Position numbers and translations under genes: made by a program. A stretch of 64,000 nucleotides of DNA from a virus (taxonomy: Duplodnaviria; Caudoviricetes). Of this stretch, positions 15,834-25,778 are shown one piece after another; position 1 is the first letter of the stretch, and every line of letters begins with the position of its first letter. The stretch covers positions 4,393 through 68,392 of the IMG/VR virus record IMGVR_UViG_3300005764_000016; one strand, 5' to 3'. The notes beneath the pieces were generated by a model. That model was not told the origin of the DNA. It worked only from the letters and a program-made list of their open reading frames with translations, and ran no database searches.

Positions 15834-18800
15834 TCAGCGTGCTCCCTTGAAACCGCTGCCGCGCTGGGCCTTGGTCTTGAGCCTAGCCAGGCGCTGGCGC
15901 ATGAGGTCCACCGCCGAGTCTTCCAGGCCGTTCTTCTTCATGGCCCGGGCAACCTTGTCGCCGTCCCAGCCCAGGACTTCCTTGGGCACTTTCACGCCGG
16001 TCTTCTTGGCTTCCCGGTCCAGGTAGCTCAGGAACTCCGCGTCGTCCTCCCGAGGGAAGGCCAGGCCGTTGTCGATCAGGCGTAGTTTCTTGCCGTCCTT
16101 GATGAGCCAGTTGCCGGGATGGCGGTCGGTGTTGCCGATCAGGACGTCGTAGGCGGCGGCCCGGGCCAGGTCGCGGTTGCCGCCAAAGGCATCGCGGAAC
16201 CGGGGCGTCTCCCACATCGGCACGGCATTGCGAACCCACTCTTGCAGCGAGCCCTTCTGTCCCTGGTGTTCGCGCACCACCGTCGCGGGTACGAGGTCGG
16301 TCATGCCGATGGCCTTGGCCACGTCGTAGGCGGCGGCCTCGCGCTGGTAATACGTCCCGCGGCGGATGTTGTAGCGCGCGTCGGGGTCCTCGCCCGACTT
16401 GGGCTTCCACGCGCCCTCGCTGCCGTCCTTGAGCCGGACGCGGTAGACGTCGTTGATGCCGCCGCCGTCGTCCTCGGCGATTAACTCCTCGTGGACGATC
16501 TTGCCCTGGCGCAGGCTTTTCTCCCTGGCTTCCATGCGCCCGCGCCCGCGCGCGTCCCAGGCCTTCAAGGATGCCTCGCGGGTGTTGGCGACCAGCAGGG
16601 CGATGGCCCGGTTCCGCCTGCCGACCGGGGGCCCCAACAGGCGCAGGGCGTTGGCCACGACGGCACGATACCAGCGCTGGTTGAAGATCGACACCGGCCG
16701 CTCGCCGGCCACGTCCACGTCCAGGTCGTCGCCCTGCGCGCCCTCGCTCTCCTCCAGGGCGTCCTCGATGTCGGCCTTGCTCCGCACCTGCTCCACGTCG
16801 GGCTCGCCCACGTTGGCGGGTATCCAGGCGCAGCGGCAGCGCGGATGCCTGGGGATCAGGCCGCGGGCCTCGTCGATCTTGAGGACGATGCCTTCCAGGG
16901 CGGCGCAGGCCTCGCAGACTTTCTCGTCGCCGGTCGTGGACCACTCGACGGCGACGCCGACCTGCTCGACGCCCAGGTTTTCCAAGGCAGTAAGCTGGCC
17001 CTCGGCGTGGGCTCGGATGATCTCCGTGCGGGCGATGGTCAGGGCTCGATCTCGGCCCAACTGGACTTGCTTGTCCAGGTCTCGAGCAACTTCGCGCGGG
17101 CTCTTGCCCTGCACCATGCCGTCGGCCAGGACGCCCGACATCCGGGTGCTCATCTGGTCGGTGATGCCCTGGAGCTCGTCGAAGGCGCGGTCGGCCAGGA
17201 GGTCCACCTTCTCCTGGGCCACCGGCTGCTCGAAGGCCGAGCGCAGGAACTCTTCCTTCGTGCCCTCGTAAAAGGGCTTGAGCACGTCCTGGGCGGTCTG
17301 GGTGAAATACTCGGGGTGCTTCTGGCGGAGGGCCTGCTGGCGCACGTCGTCGAAAGCTCTCCCCGCGCCCTTGGCGAAGCCCTGCGTCATGAACTTCTTC
17401 CAGGCGTCCTCCAGGTTGACCGCGGTGGCAAACTGCGACTTGAGCCAGGCTTGGAAGGCCTGGAGCTTCTGGGGGTCTCGTTCAAAGGCGAAGCGCCTGT
17501 TAGCGGTGACGTTGGCCGTGATGCCGGTGCCTTCGAGCCACTGGCGCAGGGCTGGCGAGCCCTTGCCCCCGGCGTAACTCTTGACGACCGGCTCGCCCTT
17601 CTCGCGCACGACCGAAAAGTGGTTCTTGAAGCGCGGCACGTCCACGTCGAGGATGCGCTCGGCGACTTCCTTGTGGCCGGCCGGCAGTGGCGCCTCGGGA
17701 TCGTAGGGCACGTCCCAGAACCAGGCGTTCTTGCCGTCGTCGGCGACCATGCCGTACAGCTTGTCGTCGCGGCCGAGGTTCTTGAGCCAGTTGTCGAGCT
17801 GCTCCTTAGACGGGTTCTGGTGGACCTCGTAGACGTGGCCGAACATCTCGCCCTTGGCCACTGCGTGGGCCCGCCCGCGCGTGTCCCAGGCTTTCTTGGC
17901 CGCTTCGCTGTCGTTGGCGGTTATCCTGTCCGGTGGCCCCACCACGATGCCGAACCGGACGTAGTCGCGGCCCTCCTCGTCCTCGTCGTACCAGTTTTCC
18001 AGCCAGTCGTCCTGGCGGATCATCACCCGCCCCGGGGCCTGCAGGGCGCCGACTTCCTCCTTGGGGTCCTTGTCGTGGCCGCCGGCGATGGCGTTGTCCG
18101 CCGAGGGGTCCTGGGCGAAGACGTAGCCGTCGCCGACTCCAATCACGGCGACGTAGTGGCCGTAGTCGAACTCGGCCTCGGCGGGCATACTGGGCATGTA
18201 ATCTTTGAGACAGCAAATGACGGGCAGGCCCAGCTCGGTGAAGTGCTCCAGGTCCTCCAGGGTCAAGCCGTGCTGGGCGATGACCGAGCAGCCGAGCTGG
18301 CTGAAGGCCTCGACCAGGGCCTGCGGCGCGGTGGACTTTTCCTTGCTGGTGCCGAGCAGTTGTTTCCAGCCATCGAGAGTGCGGGGCCCCGCGCCGTAGT
18401 GAAGGCCCACGGACATGGCGACGGCGGCCCCGCAGGAATAGTGATCGGGCTGGCGGACGTTGGGCAACTCGACCAGGGCGTTGCTCACTCCGAACCAGCC
18501 GAGCCGGGCGGGCTCTCCTTGGCGATCTCGTCCCAGACCTCGTCGAGCATCCGCTCGTCCTCCTCCGTCAGCTCCGGCGGCTCCTCGCCCTGGGGCGTTG
18601 AAGACTCGTCCGGCGGGGAATTTCTTGGCGTGGTAGGCATCGAGGGCCTTTCGGTTTTGTGACCCTGCTCTTAGGTCGAACTCGGCGTTCCAGCTCCGGC
18701 CGTGCTGCTCCCAGTGATCCCTGCCCTCCTTGGTCTTCATGAAGTCGCTGACTCTAGTGTAGCCCCGCGCCTGGGCGTAGTCCTTGATCTCGCTGGGCTG

Positions 18801-19544
18801 GCCGGCCAGGTCGCCGTCGTAACCCATCTTCGCCCAGGTCACGTAGCCGTTGAAAATGCCAGGAGCCCGCGCCGCCAGGCATTCGATGTGCTTGAAGCCG
18901 TGCGCCGCCGCGGCGTCGACCTGGTCCTTGAACACCTGCGTGCCGAAGCCGGCGCGGCCCCCCGTCACGCGGATGATGTCGTTGTGGATCGACATGCTCG
19001 CCGGGTCGATCGTGCGCTCGGCGTGGTAGCGGTCGTGGTCGATGTAGACCAGGACGTCGTCCGAGTGGCGCCCGACCTTGATACTGACCCGGGCGCCGTC
19101 CATGCCGCCGCAGACCGCCGCGATGTCGTCGGGCGTCAGGCGCGGCAACAGCTGCTCGACCGTGGGCCGGCCCGGAGGCGACGGCTCCACGGTGACGTGG
19201 AAGTGCTTGGCGGGGCGCTGGGCAGCGCGCTCGGCGGCCTTGCGGCGGCGCGTCTCCCAGGCCTTCAAGGCCGCTTCGCGGGTGTTGAGCACGTAGTACG
19301 GCCGGTACAGCTCCAGGCGCGCGGCGGCGGCGTTCTGCGTCAGGCCGAAGGCGTCTTCCTTGGCGACCAGGTCGGCCACGGCCAGCCGCAGCTTGGCGAA
19401 GCCCTGCTTGATCGTCGTCTCGAAGGCCCGCCGGAGCGTGGCGGTGCGCGTCGGGTCCAGGCGGTCGAGCCTCAGTCGGCGCGCGGCGGGCCTCGGTCGG
19501 GCCTTGCCGACGCGCTTCAAGCGTGCTCGCTTGCTGACGGGCAC
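15834..19544 (-). CDS. Polyvalent MuF head morphogenesis protein with GNAT-like, C39 peptidase and HipA/PI4K-like kinase modules
   Basis: IARTE..EWSTTGDEKVCEAC..HPRCRC (MuF); QPDHYSCGAA..GHYVAV..QDP (C39); GFGTQVF..W.KMGYD (GNAT-like); IGNTDRHPGNWL..IDNGLAF (kinase). Confidence 0.85.
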   Translation of the reverse strand: MPVSKRARLKRVGKARPRPAARRLRLDRLDPTRTATLRRAFETTIKQGFAKLRLAVADLVAKEDAFGLTQNAAAARLELYRPYYVLNTREAALKAWETRRRKAAERAAQRPAKHFHVTVEPSPPGRPTVEQLLPRLTPDDIAAVCGGMDGARVSIKVGRHSDDVLVYIDHDRYHAERTIDPASMSIHNDIIRVTGGRAGFGTQVFKDQVDAAAAHGFKHIECLAARAPGIFNGYVTWAKMGYDGDLAGQPSEIKDYAQARGYTRVSDFMKTKEGRDHWEQHGRSWNAEFDLRAGSQNRKALDAYHAKKFPAGRVFNAPGRGAAGADGGGRADARRGLGRDRQGEPARLGWFGVSNALVELPNVRQPDHYSCGAAVAMSVGLHYGAGPRTLDGWKQLLGTSKEKSTAPQALVEAFSQLGCSVIAQHGLTLEDLEHFTELGLPVICCLKDYMPSMPAEAEFDYGHYVAVIGVGDGYVFAQDPSADNAIAGGHDKDPKEEVGALQAPGRVMIRQDDWLENWYDEDEEGRDYVRFGIVVGPPDRITANDSEAAKKAWDTRGRAHAVAKGEMFGHVYEVHQNPSKEQLDNWLKNLGRDDKLYGMVADDGKNAWFWDVPYDPEAPLPAGHKEVAERILDVDVPRFKNHFSVVREKGEPVVKSYAGGKGSPALRQWLEGTGITANVTANRRFAFERDPQKLQAFQAWLKSQFATAVNLEDAWKKFMTQGFAKGAGRAFDDVRQQALRQKHPEYFTQTAQDVLKPFYEGTKEEFLRSAFEQPVAQEKVDLLADRAFDELQGITDQMSTRMSGVLADGMVQGKSPREVARDLDKQVQLGRDRALTIARTEIIRAHAEGQLTALENLGVEQVGVAVEWSTTGDEKVCEACAALEGIVLKIDEARGLIPRHPRCRCAWIPANVGEPDVEQVRSKADIEDALEESEGAQGDDLDVDVAGERPVSIFNQRWYRAVVANALRLLGPPVGRRNRAIALLVANTREASLKAWDARGRGRMEAREKSLRQGKIVHEELIAEDDGGGINDVYRVRLKDGSEGAWKPKSGEDPDARYNIRRGTYYQREAAAYDVAKAIGMTDLVPATVVREHQGQKGSLQEWVRNAVPMWETPRFRDAFGGNRDLARAAAYDVLIGNTDRHPGNWLIKDGKKLRLIDNGLAFPREDDAEFLSYLDREAKKTGVKVPKEVLGWDGDKVARAMKKNGLEDSAVDLMRQRLARLKTKAQRGSGFKGAR

Positions 19545-19907
19545 TTAGACCACTCCCTTTTCCGGGGTCGGCACGATGACGCACGGGCCGCCGGCGATCT
19601 TGCGGTTGTTGCCGGCGTCGGTGCGCCAGAGGGCCCAGCGGTAGTTCTTGTCCCAGATCAGGTTCAGGGTCATGGCCCGCGTCAGTTGCCAGAGCAGCGT
19701 GGCCGGGTTGGGCGGATTCGGGCCCGGAAACACCACCGTCACCGTCGGCTGCGTCACCTCGACGTTGCCGTCGATGTCGGTGATGACGAAGGCGTAAGGG
19801 ATGCCCGTGGCCACGAAGCTATCGTCCAGCGAGGTCGCCCGAATATACAGGTCGGCCCCCGCTGGAAACGTGATACGCTGGTCGATCGGGTTGGCGCTGG
19901 TCGGCAC
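19545..19907 (-). CDS. Virion structural protein (BppU N-terminal-like)
   Basis: 120 aa, beta-rich, at the end of the fibre gene block; family assignment tentative. Confidence 0.4.
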   Translation of the reverse strand: MPTSANPIDQRITFPAGADLYIRATSLDDSFVATGIPYAFVITDIDGNVEVTQPTVTVVFPGPNPPNPATLLWQLTRAMTLNLIWDKNYRWALWRTDAGNNRKIAGGPCVIVPTPEKGVV

Positions 19908-20124
19908 GGAAGGGGCCTCCCTCCAGGTAATACTCGTCGGTGTCCTCGAACACGAGCGCGAGCACGGGAACGTCCTGGAACCACAGGCACAGGTCCACGG
20001 GCAGGAACTGCACCCAGCCGAGCGTCGAGGCTCCGCCCCAGGCCGCGGTGCCGGCCACGCTCATGCCCCCGGCGGGCTCCAGGGGCGCGTCGAAGCGGCT
20101 GCGATTGAAGTCGGCGCGGTCCAT
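19819..20124 (-). CDS. Hypothetical virion-associated protein
   Basis: 101 aa; WFQDVPVL motif shared with the C-terminus of 23169-24107. Confidence 0.4.
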   Translation of the reverse strand: MDRADFNRSRFDAPLEPAGGMSVAGTAAWGGASTLGWVQFLPVDLCLWFQDVPVLALVFEDTDEYYLEGGPFRADQRQPDRPAYHVSSGGRPVYSGDLAGR

Positions 20125-20127
20125 CGC

Positions 20128-23100
20128 TCACCCCGTCGCCTGGAACTGGATGTCGACGCCCGGATTGCTGGCGTGCTCGCCCTCGGCGAAGCTCGACCAC
20201 GACGCGGGCGGGATCGTCGAGGCGTTGTTGTACCACAGGCAATTCGGCCCCCCGGCCGACGTGTGGCCCGGAGCCACCAGGTGGCCGAACGTGTTCGTCC
20301 AGGGGTCGTGATTGACGAAAAAGTATTCGTTCACGTCGCCCAAGGCCGTGGCCTTCATCTCGGGCGGATGCACGCCGGTAACGGACTGGATCAGGATGGC
20401 GTAGGTGGTGCCGGAGACGAGGGCCACCGGCGTGATGCCGGGCACGGTGACCGTGATGCCGCCGGCCGAGCCGTCCGGCTCACTCACCGTCGTCCACTTG
20501 TTGAGGATCGTGCAGGTCGTGCCGTCCTTGCGCACCAGCCACACGTTGCGGCTGGCCGGCAGCGTGGCATTGTCGATCTTCCAGAACGTCACGCCCGTCA
20601 AGTTGCCGTTGATCGTCGGGTGGAACTGAGTGCCGTAGACGCGCGCCGTGCCGTCGCCGTTGGTGTAGTTGGACAGGATCGTGCCGAAGATCGTCTCCTG
20701 CGGCGCGCCCGTGTAGAAGGTCCAGACGGTCGGGCTCATCACGCCGCCGCCGGCGTTCTGGCCGCCGGAGAGTGTGACTTGAAAGCTGTCGTTGTCGTTG
20801 AGCAGGGCCGAGGGCGTGAATGTCGAGGTGAACGTGCCGTTGTTGTAGCTGGTCGAGCCGGCCACCGTGAGGCCGGTATTGGCGTCCAGCACGCTCCAGG
20901 TCGGGTTCACCGCCGCCACCGACTCCTGGAACGTGGCCGTGATCGTGGTCCCGCGCGGCACGTTAACCTGCAGGTTCGTCGGCGACCTACTCACCACTCT
21001 TGGAATGTCGGCCGTCTGGTAGCAGCCGGCGTCCCAGGCACCCGCCTGCGGCCGTGCCCGGCCGGCGAAGTCGGGCGAGGGGGCATTGATCCCGTTGAAC
21101 GTGGCGACGCCGAGGTTGATGGACGCCGCCGGGGCCGTCACCGACTCGGTGTAATCGTTGCTGCCCAGGTTCGTGAAGAAGCTACTCGGCGTGCCCGTGG
21201 CCCCGTGCGTGTCGTAGCCTTGACCCTGCCAGGTCGAGAGGACCAGCAGGCCGTCGCCGTCCGTGACGCTGAACTCGGTGCCGTTGGCGTAGGCGTTGTA
21301 ATCGCAAAAGAAACCGGCGCGGCTGTCGTCGGAGAGGAGCAGCGACAGCGGGGCCACCGTCGAGGTGGTGACGAAGATGTTGTCGAACACCGTGCAGCCC
21401 GTACTGGCCGCCGTGACGTGCAGGCAGGACTTGGGCGACGAGCCGCCCAGGACGATGGTGTTGTTGACCACCGCGCAGCCCACGGAGCCGAAGGCCGACG
21501 TGTCGTGGTAGAGCGAGATGCCGGCCGAGGACAGGTTGTAACACAGGTTGTTCTGGATGGTCGTGTTCTGCTGGCCGTCGCAATTGATGGCGCTGCCGGA
21601 CTTCAGCTGTCCGATGTCGTGGACCGTGTTCAGCTCGACCAGGCCACCCCAAGAAACACCCGGCAACCCAGCAGATAAGTCGCCGTTGAAGTGCAGCCCG
21701 TCCGACGTGCAGTCGTGGACCGTGTTCTTGCGCACCACGAAGTAGAGCTGACTGTTGGCCGTGTAGACGGCCACCGCCGACGTGCCGGCATTGATGCCCG
21801 AAATCGTGTTGTTGTAGACGAGCACGTTCTTCTGGAAGGCCGTGAAGATGCCGTAGTTGTCGCCCGCGATCATCGTGCAGGTGCAGTTCTGGATGATATT
21901 CCCTTCCGGACAACCCACGTTGGCATTCAACCCCGACATGCGAATGCCGGCCTTGTGCTTCACGGCAACGTCCGTGGGAGCGATGGTGAAGCCGTCCACG
22001 GTCACGTAGCTGCAGTTCTCGAAGTTGAAGCAGTTGAAGGTATGGATGGCCCGGGAATTGATCACCGGGTTGCCGGTGCCGAGGAAGCGGATCGGATGGC
22101 CGCTGCAGCCGACCACCGGGAAATTCCAGTCCATGTCCACGCCGGCGTAGTTGCCGGCCGCCACGTTGACCGTGTCGCCGGGCCCCAGCTGGGTGTTCGA
22201 TACCTTCGTTAATGTCTGCCAGGCCGTGCCGGACGACGTGCCGTTGTTGCCGTCGCTCCCCGTGGCGGCGTTGACGTAATACGTCTTGTTCGAGAGCGTC
22301 AGCCACTGCACCGTCATGTCCAACGAAAAGGCGTTGCCCTTGAGGTCGTTGGCGGTGATCCGCCAGCGATGCGTGGCGGGGCTGGCGTTGCTCACCGAGG
22401 GGATCGTCACGTTCGCCGTGCCGCTATCGGGCAGGCCGCTGGCCACCGTAGTGCTGGTGGTCACGTCGATGATGGAAACGCTGTTAGCTTGGACGTTGGC
22501 CGAGTTCAGGGTCTTCCAGCGGAAAGTCACCGAGCCGCCCACCGACGTACCGACGGCCACGAGGCTGGCCTGGTTGGCGATCTCGACGAACATGAAGTAG
22601 GGGACCGCGAAGGGCGGGATGTTGCCGAACTGCGTCCAGTCGTTGATGGTGTGCAGGTAGGCCGAGACCGTGGGCAAGAGCTGGTACATCACCTGCACGC
22701 CCTTGACGTAAACGACCATGCCCTCCTGGCGGTCGCTGTCGGGGATGGCGTTCAGGTCGGCAATGCTGTTCACGACCTTGAAGGCGCGCGTCGTCTCCAT
22801 CGTGTTGACGGCGCCGTAGACCTTGCTCAGCCGCCCGGCCGTCATGAGCACGTCGAGGTAATCGCCGGCCGCGAAGTTCTGGTCGTGCGTGCCCTCGGCC
22901 ACCGTCACGCCGGTGAGCGTGTCCGTCGATAGGCCGGTGGCCTGGAAGATCGTGGCGTCGGCGCGGTTGGTCGAGGGCGCGCCGCTCACCTTCTTGCGCA
23001 GCGTGAATGCCAGCGGAGACGTTGCCGACAGGGACAGGCCCAGCTCCGACAAGGCCGAGGTCAGGGCCGCCCCCGCGGCTGCGACCATGACCACCGAGCC

Positions 23101-23172
23101 GGAGCCCGCACTGTACGGGCTGCCCAGCGTAGTGCCGAAGTCGTTGGCCGGGACGTCGAACGTCGTGCTCAC
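20128..23172 (-). CDS. Fibre/spike with right-handed beta-helix, Ig-like (Big_5) and DUF4082-like domains
   Basis: TYYVNAATGSDGNNG, repeated I.N.TI/V.N..VHD coils, SRSPT..NVP..TITATF Ig motif, YGTQF..G.FWK tail. Confidence 0.7.
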   Translation of the reverse strand: MSTTFDVPANDFGTTLGSPYSAGSGSVVMVAAAGAALTSALSELGLSLSATSPLAFTLRKKVSGAPSTNRADATIFQATGLSTDTLTGVTVAEGTHDQNFAAGDYLDVLMTAGRLSKVYGAVNTMETTRAFKVVNSIADLNAIPDSDRQEGMVVYVKGVQVMYQLLPTVSAYLHTINDWTQFGNIPPFAVPYFMFVEIANQASLVAVGTSVGGSVTFRWKTLNSANVQANSVSIIDVTTSTTVASGLPDSGTANVTIPSVSNASPATHRWRITANDLKGNAFSLDMTVQWLTLSNKTYYVNAATGSDGNNGTSSGTAWQTLTKVSNTQLGPGDTVNVAAGNYAGVDMDWNFPVVGCSGHPIRFLGTGNPVINSRAIHTFNCFNFENCSYVTVDGFTIAPTDVAVKHKAGIRMSGLNANVGCPEGNIIQNCTCTMIAGDNYGIFTAFQKNVLVYNNTISGINAGTSAVAVYTANSQLYFVVRKNTVHDCTSDGLHFNGDLSAGLPGVSWGGLVELNTVHDIGQLKSGSAINCDGQQNTTIQNNLCYNLSSAGISLYHDTSAFGSVGCAVVNNTIVLGGSSPKSCLHVTAASTGCTVFDNIFVTTSTVAPLSLLLSDDSRAGFFCDYNAYANGTEFSVTDGDGLLVLSTWQGQGYDTHGATGTPSSFFTNLGSNDYTESVTAPAASINLGVATFNGINAPSPDFAGRARPQAGAWDAGCYQTADIPRVVSRSPTNLQVNVPRGTTITATFQESVAAVNPTWSVLDANTGLTVAGSTSYNNGTFTSTFTPSALLNDNDSFQVTLSGGQNAGGGVMSPTVWTFYTGAPQETIFGTILSNYTNGDGTARVYGTQFHPTINGNLTGVTFWKIDNATLPASRNVWLVRKDGTTCTILNKWTTVSEPDGSAGGITVTVPGITPVALVSGTTYAILIQSVTGVHPPEMKATALGDVNEYFFVNHDPWTNTFGHLVAPGHTSAGGPNCLWYNNASTIPPASWSSFAEGEHASNPGVDIQFQATG

Positions 23173-24107
23173 GAGCGGACCCTCGCGCGGCTAGCTCCCG
23201 GACTGCGGACCAAGGGCAGCGGTCGGCCCCGGAACCAGACGTCCAGGATCGGCAGGTCCTGAAAAAATATCTTGCCGGTGACCTTCGGCAGCCAGGAGCT
23301 CCAGGCGACGCTGGAGTCGCCCGGCCAGGTCGCCGTGGTCGGCTCGTTGAAGCTGGACACGAGAGCCAGGCTCGAATCGCCCGCCCAGCTTGCCGGCGCG
23401 CCCAGCATCGGCGCGGCGTACCAGGCCGCCGCCGCGTCGCCCGCCCACGTCGCCGGGCTCCAGCGCACGATGGCCGAGTGCCACAGGGTCGCCGAGTTGC
23501 CGGGCCACGAGGCGGCGCTGCCCAGGGCCTCGGCCGAGGCGAAGCTGGAGCTGGAGCCGCCCGCCCACGTCGCGGCGCCGACCTGGACGTTGGGCGCGGT
23601 GAAGCTGGCCGTGGAGCTGCCGACCCAGGTGGCCGCGGCCGTCCCCTGCGTGGCGGTCGCTCCGTGCCACGATGCCGTGGCGCTGCCGCTCCAGGTGGCC
23701 GCCGCCTTGCCCTGCGCGGCTCCCGTAAACGCAGTGCTGGAATCGCCCGACCAGGTGGCCGTGGCCGATCCGAGCGCCGCGGCGGTGAAGGAAGTCGTGG
23801 CGTCGCCGGACCAGGTCGCGGTGCTGGCCGCCTGGGCAGCCGCGACCAGAGAAACTGCCGACGTACCCGTCCAGCTCGCCGCACCTGCCGCCAGGGCCGA
23901 ACCGGCGAGGGCAGCCGTCGACGATCCCGTCCAGGTCGCCGCCGAGGCAGCCGTCTCGGCCGCCGTGAAGCTGGCCGTCGCAGTGCCGGTCCAGGCCGCC
24001 GCGCCGCCGGCGACGGCAGCACCCGCGAAGGAGGCAGAGGACGTCCCCGCCCAAGTAGCTACACCCGAGGCGTACTGCGCTCCGACGTCGAGAAAAAACT
24101 GCAACAT
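23169..24107 (-). CDS. Trp-spaced tandem-repeat protein (about 13 repeats of 19-20 aa)
   Basis: Repeats of A[TS]W.G.SS.SF type throughout. Confidence 0.7.
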   Translation of the reverse strand: MLQFFLDVGAQYASGVATWAGTSSASFAGAAVAGGAAAWTGTATASFTAAETAASAATWTGSSTAALAGSALAAGAASWTGTSAVSLVAAAQAASTATWSGDATTSFTAAALGSATATWSGDSSTAFTGAAQGKAAATWSGSATASWHGATATQGTAAATWVGSSTASFTAPNVQVGAATWAGGSSSSFASAEALGSAASWPGNSATLWHSAIVRWSPATWAGDAAAAWYAAPMLGAPASWAGDSSLALVSSFNEPTTATWPGDSSVAWSSWLPKVTGKIFFQDLPILDVWFRGRPLPLVRSPGASRARVRS

Positions 24108-24110
24108 GCA

Positions 24111-24362
24111 TCATCCAGACTTCCAACCCAGCTGGCTCGAACCGGGCGCGGGCAGGCTCGATCGCGGAGCGATGACGAACTGGACCTCGGTGTCGGTGAC
24201 GGACTTGACCGAGCGGACGAAGAAGGGCTCGCGGCAATCCTTGCAGCGCAGCATCAGCGAGGCGACCAGCTGGCCGTCTTCGCCTAGCGCCACTTCCACC
24301 TTGTTCTCGAACGTCCGGTGATCGCAGCTCACGTTTCGGTCCAAGAAAATTCGGTGCCACAC
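24111..24362 (-). CDS. Small CxxC protein
   Basis: 83 aa, LRCKDCREPF. Confidence 0.45.
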   Translation of the reverse strand: MWHRIFLDRNVSCDHRTFENKVEVALGEDGQLVASLMLRCKDCREPFFVRSVKSVTDTEVQFVIAPRSSLPAPGSSQLGWKSG

Positions 24363-24367
24363 CCAAA

Positions 24368-24799
24368 CTAGCTTTCTGTACCGAGGCTCGCTGTAGTTAA
24401 TTGCGGGGTCACGCCGTTGGCGATGGAGATGGACGGCGAGATGGCACCCGACCAGAGTATCTTGCCCGTCCCCGACAGCGCGGTGCCGATCGAGGCGAAC
24501 GTGGCCGTCGCGCTGCCGCCGGTGCAGGCGGGGAAGTTAATCACGGCAGTGGGGTTCCACTGGTTAGCGGCCACCGTCCAGCCCGAGGACGTCCGTACCA
24601 CGGCCGCGCGGGCGTAGCCGGTGTAGGCGACTTCGTTGGAAGTCTGGTTTCCCGCTGCGGTGGGGTCGGCAGTGTGCAGGGCCACGTACAGCGACGTCAG
24701 CGGCGCCGTGGCGGCATTGTCCGCGATGTTCGGGATGGGCGTGGCGTTCAAGATCAACTTGAGAAAATCGTTGGAGAAGGTCGAGCCCTTCGCAGCCAT
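24368..24799 (-). CDS. Conserved phage fibre-associated structural protein
   Basis: LYVALHTADP..NEV.YTGYAR motif common in phage fibre modules. Confidence 0.7.
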   Translation of the reverse strand: MAAKGSTFSNDFLKLILNATPIPNIADNAATAPLTSLYVALHTADPTAAGNQTSNEVAYTGYARAAVVRTSSGWTVAANQWNPTAVINFPACTGGSATATFASIGTALSGTGKILWSGAISPSISIANGVTPQLTTASLGTES

Positions 24800-24808
24800 G
24801 TTTTCCCC

Positions 24809-25183
24809 CTAAAAAGCGGCCCAGAACAGTTGCTGGTCGCCGACGCTGGCGACCAGGTAGAGGAGGGCCGCTTCCTCCACCGGAACCACGGCACCGGCCG
24901 CCAGCACCAGGCAGCCGTCGGTGGCCTCGTCGCTGTCGGCCGTGCAGCCGGGACCGCCGAAGTAAATCGAGCCCGTGTTGTCGGGATGCGGCACCAGCAT
25001 CACCCCGTGGACGCACGGCAAGGACGCCTCGACCAAGGGCGTCGCCACGAGGCCGATACTCTTGCGGCCGGTGACCGGCGAGATGCCGGTCAGGTCTGTG
25101 CCGGCAAAGGCGAGCACGCTGGAACCCTCCCAAGTTGCCGTCGGCTTCGGCGGCGTGGCTGTACCGAGAAAGAACTGCAGCAC
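24809..25183 (-). CDS. Hypothetical structural protein
   Basis: 124 aa, tightly packed in the fibre block. Confidence 0.5.
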   Translation of the reverse strand: MLQFFLGTATPPKPTATWEGSSVLAFAGTDLTGISPVTGRKSIGLVATPLVEASLPCVHGVMLVPHPDNTGSIYFGGPGCTADSDEATDGCLVLAAGAVVPVEEAALLYLVASVGDQQLFWAAF

Positions 25184-25184
25184 G

Positions 25185-25778
25185 TCAAGTCCCTATGCGA
25201 CCGAGGATCACGAAACCAGCGTTATTCACCGGAGCCACCGGCATCGTGCTCACTGTCAGGTGCGTCTTGCTGTTGGTCGTCGATACCGAATTGATCCTGA
25301 ACGTCTTACCCAAGGAGTAACCCGCGAGGTTCGTGAAGTAGATGGCCTGCCCGACGTAAGCGGTAGCATCGACGCCTGTAGGCAAGTTCGTCTCGAAGTC
25401 CGTGGTGGTGGGGCTGTAGGTCGTCGTGTCCACCACCCCGCTTATCAGCGTCGAGTTGAAGATGCTCGTCAGGTTGGCGTCCACCATGTCACCAAAATAC
25501 TTCGACGAAACCTGATCGACGAAATCCGTAGGGTCGGCCCCCGTCGCCGTGCAGTGATAGGCCAAGTCGCCGAGCGTGCCGGTGTCCGTGGTCGTCAACG
25601 CGATCTTGTACCAGCCGTTGGCCACTTCGGTAACGGTGCCGCCCGCTGCCGCGAAAGCGCCGCCGGCTTTCGAGAGCGTGACGGTCACGGTCAAGCCGGT
25701 CGCTGGCGTGGTGTGATCGCCGGACTGCACCATCAGGAACATCCGGGTATAGGCGTTGCTCTGCTTCAAGGTTGTCAT
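25185..25778 (-). CDS. Hypothetical structural protein (Thr-rich, Ig-like)
   Basis: 197 aa, SKAGGAF..TEVANGWY motif. Confidence 0.55.
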   Translation of the reverse strand: MTTLKQSNAYTRMFLMVQSGDHTTPATGLTVTVTLSKAGGAFAAAGGTVTEVANGWYKIALTTTDTGTLGDLAYHCTATGADPTDFVDQVSSKYFGDMVDANLTSIFNSTLISGVVDTTTYSPTTTDFETNLPTGVDATAYVGQAIYFTNLAGYSLGKTFRINSVSTTNSKTHLTVSTMPVAPVNNAGFVILGRIGT

